A DNA stretch of 42,472 nucleotides from Octopus bimaculoides (Eukaryota): contig NC_068991.1 of assembly GCF_001194135.2 (NCBI RefSeq), positions 27,956,801 through 27,999,272 of the forward strand, read 5' to 3'. Shown here one piece after another: positions 35,510 through 42,472 of this stretch. Every line of letters begins with the position of its first letter. Positions within the stretch are counted from its first letter, which is position 1. The notes beneath the pieces were generated by a model. The model searched no databases and had not been told where the DNA came from. It saw nothing but the letters and a program-made list of their open reading frames with translations. Made by a program: the position numbers and the translations under genes.

Positions 35510-36388
35510 TGGATCTTTCTGATTTGGCGGACACCATTTGTTTTCTAACAAAACACTTTCAAACTTGGGACACTGGTAGAATGTGTCATATAAAACATCT
35601 TTCACTCTTAGTGTTGTTGAGAAAAGTTTATATTTTAAAAGTTATTTCGTGTTAAAGTTGTCGTATTTCGGTAATTTCAACCACCCACTGACGTCTATTG
35701 AGGTGAAGACAATTGCTGCTATGGTTCGTCAACAAGATGTTGTAGCGGTGTAATGGGATCTTTTCCCTTGAATAAAATTAGTACTGTTGTTTGTCAACAA
35801 CTATCGGCGGTACTGTTATTTATAACATCGTTCGTGCGTTTGTACTGGTTTTAGCTTTAGGGTTTTAGAGTTAGGGTTAGGGTTAGGGTTCTGAGTATTT
35901 TTGCCAAATTTGGTGAAAAATTTGTGGCGGTGTATTGAACGGATTTTCATCAAATTTGGCAAAAATACTCATAACCCTTACTCTAGCTCTAACCCTAACC
36001 CTAAAACCCTAACCCTAACCCTAACCCTAAAACCCTAAAGCCAAAACCAGTACAAACGCACGAATGATGTCATAAATAACAGTACCGCCGATAGTTGTTG
36101 ACAAACAACGGCACTAATTTTATTCAACAGAAAAGATCCCATTACACCGCCACAACGTCTTGTTGACGAAACACAGCAGTAATTGTTTTCACCTCAATAG
36201 ACGTCAGTGATTAGTTGAAATTACCGAAATAAGATAATTTTTAACATGAAATAACTTCGAATATAAAAATTTTTCTCTGTTCTATAAGACAAAATATACA
36301 AGTATACGAAGTTTTAATGTATTTCGGTAGAAAACACACTAAATAAAAACTAAATAAAAAATGGTGTCCGCCAAATCAGAAAGATCCA
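35510..36388. mobile_element. Non-autonomous foldback DNA transposon, 879 bp, with TTAGGG/CCCTAA arrays
   Basis: Perfect 30-bp TIRs (35510-35539 / 36359-36388), AACTCC duplicated on both flanks, ~300-bp inner inverted arms, 24-bp central spacer. Confidence 0.9.
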
Positions 36389-36917
36389 AACTCCCTAAAG
36401 GTGGTGCCCAGCAAGACCGAAGTCTGATGACTGACAAGTAAAAGATAAAGATTTGATTTTAAGGCAACAAATCGTAATCTTTTGAAAATTTGTAATCATT
36501 TCATCCTTTTGTATAAGTACAAAGAAATTTGATAAAAGTTAAATCATAATTATTGTATGTATGTCATATTTTCTGATATTATTCGTTATGGCAAAAGTAA
36601 AATTTCAAATATATCTGCTATATAACGGATAACACTCTAGTTATCTAATAATAATTAAACCATTCTCTTCGACGAGGTCGATTCAAGCTGGTTTCCTTAT
36701 CTCTTGGAGCAATTGAAAATAAATACTAGTCATATACCGTAGCAACGCCCAACGAAATACCTGCGTTGTTCCAATGTAAGGAATCGTTTTGATGAAGAAC
36801 AAGTTGATTCCATTGATATTTTGTGTAATATTGATTGAGGATTTTAATGAAAATGTTTCATGCCTGTTTCTTTTCTTTTTTTTTTTCGCTTTTTTCTTTT
36901 CTCTTTTATTCATTTAG

Positions 36918-37039
36918 ATGCTGATTATAGTGAACCTCGAAAGATAATTACAACTATGGCCACAAAGGAAGATGGTAGTATAGTTATATGTATAACACTC
37001 TTTCTATATGTGCATGTTGTTATCACTGAACACATATAA
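36918..37039 (+). CDS. CAP-EGF-ShKT protein, probable terminal exon H (YADYSEPRKIITTMATKEDGSIVICITLFLYVHVVITEHI*)
   Basis: Long pyrimidine tract + tttag acceptor; phase 1 continues the frame (T+AT = Tyr); TAA at 37037-37039; hydrophobic tail. No clear AATAAA found nearby. Confidence 0.65.
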
Positions 37040-38454
37040 CTACGTTTAAGATTTTTCCTGTTTAATATTTTGTCAGCTTTTGACGAAAGCAAACCTTATA
37101 AATAATAAGAAAAAAAATTCTAATTACAAAACATAATTGCACTTATAATAATATTAACCTCTACAGACGGATAATTTCATTTATTTTAAGTGAAGAGAAG
37201 AATGGCTTGAAATAAGCCTGAAAATTTAGTTGCAGGAAATACATATTCCTTAATACAGTAACATAAATTGAAAATACCACTTAATCAAATGTCAAAGGAA
37301 ATCGACTTCTACCTTGGAGCATTATCTGTTAAATGGAAGTAGGGTACTATGTCTTCTTCCACTGAATTTTATAATGTTTTCCGTAAATTGATATCATTGT
37401 CCCGTGAAAGAAAGGGAAAAATTCCGATAAAAATGCACTTTCATATTCGAAGTAAAATGGCCAGCACAATATTCTATCGAGTAAAATCCGTCCTGTTTTT
37501 TTTTTTTAAAGATGAATTTGAATCATCTACTAAAGTCCAGCCGTTTTATGTATGGACTTTGTGCATGAATGCACGCAATAATTTCACGAAATGTTTTAAC
37601 AAAATATTTTTTTGAACATTAATTTATTTGTTTGCTTTCAAAAGAAAGAGTGTTACACTAATAACTATACCACCATTTTCCTTTGGGGCCGAATTTCAAT
37701 AGAGCCCGTAACCTAACCAAAATTACTAACTATATTGTAAATTTGAAAATCACGAATTTAGATTCACAAAAAAAAAAAAAAATTATCTACGTAATTTATC
37801 TTGGTTGAATAAGTCTCTTTCTACTCTGAGTTTCACCTGTAGGTGCACAGGTATTAAGTACTCTTTTTTCCGACAGGTTTTCTCCCCAACCACATGGTTC
37901 CGGTATCAGTGCATGCGATATAAGTGACACTGGGATAAAATATACGAAACCTAATTTACCCCTCATTACTACCTGTCTGATAAGAGTACACTAGGTACAT
38001 GCACTATAACCATATGTGCACGACATGGTGATTTCATATCAAGATAAACAGCGCATAACATTGCAGGGGGGACCCAGTTAGAATTTTCTTCAGGTCGAGT
38101 AGCCCATCTTGCTCAAAAGGTCCTCGAATAAGGGTTGTTTAAGAATGTTGAGCGAAACACTCATGGTTCCAGAGATGAATTATTCATACTACAAAAAATT
38201 CCTCTCAAAACATAGCTATGATGCTCCCCCACTACTTCGGCTCATTATCATCAGAGATGCACATATCGTCAGCCACTAAGGGACATGCTCAACTGGTTAA
38301 AATCAAGCAACTGATAAATAAATTTGAGATATTGAGTAGAATATTTGCGATAGCCCATCTTTTATACTAGAAGAAAACATGTACCTGATAATACTTTCAT
38401 TTAGTTAAGAAGAGAAACCATAAGAGCCAGTGCCTGGTACTGCACAAGCCCTTT

Positions 38455-38597
38455 ATTATTATTATTGTTATTGTTATTGTTATTGTTACCCTTGTTCTTG
38501 TTGTTATTGTTCTTCTTCTTATAATACTACTAATAATAATAATCATAATAATAATAATAATAATTATTATTATTATTATTATTATCATCATTATTAT
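38455..38597. repeat. (TTA/TTG)n-(TAA)n-(TTA)n compound tract
   Basis: Directly visible. Confidence 0.95.
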
Positions 38598-38598
38598 A

Positions 38599-38787
38599 GC
38601 GGCGAGCCGGCAGAATTGTTGTCATGCCGGGTGAAATGCCTGTCATTACGTTCTGAGTTCAAATTAGGCCGTGGTCCACTTTGCCTTTCGGGATCGATAA
38701 AATAAGTACCGGTTGAACACTGGGGTCGATTCATTCGACTTAACCCCGCCCCAAAAATTGCTGGCCTTGAGCCAAAATTTGAAACCA
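38599..38787 (+). mobile_element. SINE family A
   Basis: Homology to other copies, with a small internal deletion. Confidence 0.85.
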
Positions 38788-39408
38788 TTATTATTATAAC
38801 TGTTTTTGCTGATGTTGTTGTTAATGTTGCATAATAGCACTGCAGCTGTATGGGTTTTCGATGCATGCTGTGTTTTTGTTTGTTTTTATTATCATTCCCC
38901 ATTTCAGTCTTTCTACTATTTGACCAGTGCCTAACAATAACCTTTTCCATATCTTTGTGTGATCTGGTGTTGATTAGGTATTTGCCAGTATCCCTTTTTA
39001 AAGTTTTAATTTTTCCAAACACACTATTATTTCGACTATTTTCAGTTCCTAATTCTCATTATTTCTATTTTAAAATACTTTTATTTGGATAGATTCTCAT
39101 ATTCTCTTAGAAGTACATATTCGTCTTTTGGAATCGTTTTTTCACTAGGGAGACATTTTTTTCACTTATTGTCTTTGGCAATATCTGACAGATTTATTTT
39201 AATCCTCCTGTCTCTATGGATTGGTAAACCCAAGACTATAGCCGCTGCGTATTTTTCTGAAAATGCATTCTATCTTTTACAGTCATTTTTGTATATGTGA
39301 GAATTTTCTAATGGTGACATAATTCTGGAGTATGAAAGTTACAACTAGCTCATATATTTTTCCTACGTATTATACATACATACGTACATACATACATACA
39401 TACATACA

Positions 39409-39441
<33 letters not shown>

Positions 39442-39462
39442 TATATATATACTATAGATATG

Positions 39463-39602
39463 GCACAGGCGTGGCTGTGTGGTATGAAACTTGTTTCCTA
39501 ACCATGTGATTCTGGGTTCAGTCTCACTGCATGGCGCCTTGGGTAAGTACCTTCTACTATAGCCTCGGATCGACCAAAGCCTTGTGAGTGTATTTAGTAG
39601 AC
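39463..39602 (+). mobile_element. SINE family B head
   Basis: gcacaggcgtggctgtgtggta..gggttcagtctcactgc..ccttgggtaagt..gaccaaagccttgtgag. Confidence 0.85.
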
Positions 39603-39938
39603 TTTATATATATATATATTTCTGTTTAAAGATCACAATACATATCTTCGTCATTAAACAGAAATATTTGACTCTCACCAGATGGAGCTCTCTTTGTTGA
39701 ATTATACAATGAACCAATACATTATATATATATATATATATTTATATATATGCGTTTATCAGTTTGTGTTGCAAGATTCCTGATGTGAAATCGTGCGTTG
39801 AAACAGATGTTGCTGTATTTCGGGACGGTCATTTTTTTTTTGCCAAATAAACACACGCACTATATACTCGTTCTTCACTCGTTTATTACTGTCCTTATTT
39901 TAACTCATGTCCATTGTCCGGAAATCTTTCGTTACACA

Positions 39939-39948
39939 NNNNNNNNNN
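39939..39948. other. Assembly gap (10 N)
   Basis: N run. Confidence 1.
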
Positions 39949-39980
<32 letters not shown>

Positions 39981-40342
39981 ATAGAAGAAGCAAAAGACAC
40001 ATAGTTTTAATTTTTTTTTTAATATATTTTATAAGTCAAAAAGTTTATCGATCGGTTTCGCTAATCATGACATTGAAGTTATTATAATTTTGTATTTTTC
40101 TAAGAAGACTTAGTGCATGTTGTATGCGAAGAAGTTTGTGAATGAATGATTCAACAAGTAGAAAAACCTAACGGGAGGTAATTGGTGATCGTTATTATTG
40201 TGGACAGGGGACGTAATTGCTCATCTTTCGGGGAGGGGATAGATATATATACGAAAACTCAAAAGCTAAAGTTGTGAGTTGAAATATGCACAGTGATGGG
40301 TATGTGATCATGAATGAAAATATATACTGAGACCAAAGTTGG

Positions 40343-40925
40343 TTATGCGTTCATATTTAGACGTGTTCTGTATTTTTCGATGAACACATTTTCTTTATTT
40401 AAACATTCTTGCACAGAAATTGTTTCTTTGCATTGGTAGATGGGGAAAACTGAAGTTTGGTTGGATATTACCTGCACATCTGTCTATGTGTTCACTCAAA
40501 GGAATCTCTCTGCACTGCAGGAACCGAATCTATTTCTTATGTAGTGTGGTTCTCCGTCTCAGTGTCATACTCGTCTGTCCTACTTAGCTATGTCCACAAC
40601 CTGAACAGGTTATAACATTAATTAAATTTTCGGAAGCACAAGGAAAGTTGGTTTTAGTTGTGAACCCCTCTCCTTGTTTGAACAGGAATTACGAGCCTTC
40701 CAGTTGGTTGGGGCATGTTCCACATTTTGGGCGTCCACATTTTTTAACCATTGGTTTCGTGGTTGTTGTGTAAAGCTTTGCATTTGTTAGAAGTCTTTTC
40801 AGCGATTTATGTTGCTCTTTGCATTTGATGAATTAATGTATTTTCAGAATATTGTTCATTTTTGGATCCCCAGTTAGCATAGGTAAATTTTGTTGTATAC
40901 CTCATTGTTACTAGGGTCGTGAGTT
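40343..40925 (-). mobile_element. Penelope-like element, Cys-linker + GIY-YIG endonuclease, degenerate
   Basis: Minus strand: KSLKRLLTNAK..VKKCGRPKCGTC, NLINVITCSGCGHS*VGQTSMTLRRRTTLH, EHIDRC, KENVFIEKYRTRLN. Confidence 0.8.
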
Positions 40926-40936
40926 GATATATACGG

Positions 40937-41150
40937 TATGTGTGTGTCTTTGTGTCTGTGTTTTTTCCCACCACCATCCCTTGACAACCGATGTTGGTGT
41001 ATTTACCTATCCGTAACTTAGCAGTTCGGCAAAAGTGACCCATAGAATAAGTACAAGGCTTACAAAAAATAAGTCCTGCGGTCGATTTCTTCGACTAAAA
41101 GGCGGTGGTCCAGCATGGCCGCAGTCAAATGACTGAAACAAGTAAAAGAA
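40937..41150 (+). mobile_element. SINE family B 3' half
   Basis: cttgacaaccgatgttggtg..gtaacttagcagttcggcaaaag..ggcggtggtccagcatggccgcagtcaaatgactgaaacaagtaaaaga. Confidence 0.85.
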
Positions 41151-41170
41151 TACTATATATATATATATAT

Positions 41171-41371
41171 NNNNNNNNNNNNNNNNNNNNNNNNNNNNNN
41201 NNNNNNNNNNNNNNNNNNNNNNNNNNNNNNNNNNNNNNNNNNNNNNNNNNNNNNNNNNNNNNNNNNNNNNNNNNNNNNNNNNNNNNNNNNNNNNNNNNNN
41301 NNNNNNNNNNNNNNNNNNNNNNNNNNNNNNNNNNNNNNNNNNNNNNNNNNNNNNNNNNNNNNNNNNNNNNN
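41171..41371. other. Assembly gap (N run)
   Basis: N run. Confidence 1.
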
Positions 41372-41461
41372 TAATACAAATTTGCAGAAAAACGAAAGAC
41401 GCAGATAGGTGTAGGAACAACAAGCAGATGTATTAGTTTAACGCTCGGGAAAAATGGAAGT

Positions 41462-41497
41462 CTTTTACGTTTCGAGCCTACGCTCTTCAACAGAAAG
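41462..41497 (-). ncRNA. Minimal type-I hammerhead-ribozyme-like motif (Penelope pLTR type), core variant A6U
   Basis: Minus strand: CTTT-CTGTTGA-A-GAGC-GTAG-GCTC-GAAA-C-GTA-AAAG, with stem I CTTT/AAAG, stem II GAGC/GCTC, palindromic ACGT stem III and a GUA site. Confidence 0.5.
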
Positions 41498-41906
41498 GAA
41501 TAAAAGGAAAAAACGGAGAGAGAATGAAAAAAAAAAACGAAGAGAGAAAAACTGTGTAGAGTTCAGGGGTACAACATGGCGTGACAGAAATCTTTGCACA
41601 CGCCGTAATTAATTTCATAAGAATATAACACTATATAACACATAACACAATTACAACACTATATAGGATTGTTGGGTTTGATTCTTAAAGCCAATTATCA
41701 TCCGTAAACGTGTATGACTTGGTAACATGTACTATGCTTTCACTAATTGCTTAAAGTGTTTATCTAGTCTCGAGCATAGACATCCTTTCGATTCTCCCAC
41801 ACTTTGATCCAACGGCAAGTCTAGCATGTAGCAGCTGGAGAGAGAGGGAGAGAGAGAGAGACAGAGAGACAGAGAGACAGAGACAGACAGACAGACAGAC
41901 AGAAAT

Positions 41907-42074
41907 AAAGAGCACCAACACTCACCTGGTGCTCATTTGGGGCTGAGTAGAATGGAGCAACGTGAAACGAATTGCCTGCACCAGGGACACAAACGTACCT
42001 CCCAACCCGAGAATTGAACACTCGACATTATGATTATTAGCCGAAAACTCTAACCACATGGCCACGTGCCTTCA
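41907..42074 (-). mobile_element. SINE family C
   Basis: Reverse complement: ggcacgtggccatgtggttagag A-box, gtgttcaattctc B-box, tttcacgttgctcc CORE-like segment. Confidence 0.65.
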
Positions 42075-42472
42075 TATATTTGATTCAATTAACTTAAAAT
42101 GGATCAGATTATTTCATTCAACATTCTAGTAATATCTATTTTCATGATATTTCTACTTGATATTTTTATCTTTCAATCCAGAGGGAAGGGAGTGACCCTG
42201 ACACTCCACGGGCTCCTGGGACTTGTGGGAGGGAAGGAGAGATTAAGGTATTCGCAAATCAAGAGACTTGGCCCGAATACTTGCAACAGAGTGGGCACTA
42301 CCGAAGTACGGTACGAACGATGGTGTTAAGCCAGGCAACAAATTAGGTCGATAGTCTAAATTCCTCCACATTAAGAACTAAGATTAAACATGTCAATTTT
42401 CCGAGAGTAAACAGGAGTAAAACAACATTGTTTTTCCACACCGCAACATGTCTGAATGTACTGGCAGTGAAT

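Larger units (their letters stand above)
35030..36450 (+). mobile_element. SINE family B interrupted near its 3' end by the foldback element
   Basis: Head 35030-35368; tail resumes at 36389 (aactccctaaaggtggtgcccagca..gatgactgacaagtaaaaga). Confidence 0.8.

Noticed and set aside
35342-35613. Apparent 131-bp tandem duplication giving the foldback element two left TIRs
   Set aside because: The copies flank a 10-N gap and differ by one SNP, so this is most likely an unmerged contig/haplotype overlap.
35857-36039. TTAGGG arrays as a chromosome-fusion or true telomere relic
   Set aside because: The arrays are short, degenerate and embedded in the arms of a TIR/TSD-bounded element inserted in a SINE.
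37930-38395. Higher-complexity stretch that looks like an interspersed repeat
   Set aside because: No diagnostic motif, termini or second copy in the window, so it cannot be classified without a database search.
39628-39690. Hammerhead-like motif on the minus strand (CTGGTGAGAGTC...GACGAAGATATGTA)
   Set aside because: Both core boxes are mutated and stem I cannot be formed.
42180-42472. GC-richer terminal segment, possible LINE or exon fragment
   Set aside because: It is truncated by the window edge and has no recognisable protein motif.

Overview
Eukaryotic, AT-rich, microsatellite-dense draft-assembly sequence with five N gaps. It is most likely from an octopod cephalopod, inferred from SINE families I recognise from octopus genomes and from the gene architecture. 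There is one host gene. Eight coding exons on the + strand (24374-37039) splice by GT-AG in one uninterrupted frame into ~272 aa: CAP/SCP domain + EGF-like module + ShKT module + hydrophobic C-terminal tail, i.e. a CRISP/venom-allergen-like protein that may be membrane/GPI anchored. A candidate signal-peptide exon lies at 22166-22230, but I could not join it to the rest. Everything else is transposon debris. Retroelements: R4/Dong, RTE, RTE-BovB-like, L1/Tx1, CR1/L2-group and Penelope-like fragments, and three tRNA-type SINE families. DNA elements: a full-length dead mariner, a Tc1/mariner-type MITE, and an 879-bp foldback element carrying TTAGGG arrays. There are also a near-perfect spacerless palindrome and Penelope-type hammerhead-ribozyme-like motifs. 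Most ORFs in the supplied track are microsatellite or N-gap translations. I see no convincing wholly new multi-gene system; the best leads are the anchored CAP-EGF-ShKT protein, the telomere-repeat foldback element and the ribozyme-like motifs. All alignments were done by eye, and TE boundaries are approximate unless TIRs/TSDs are given.
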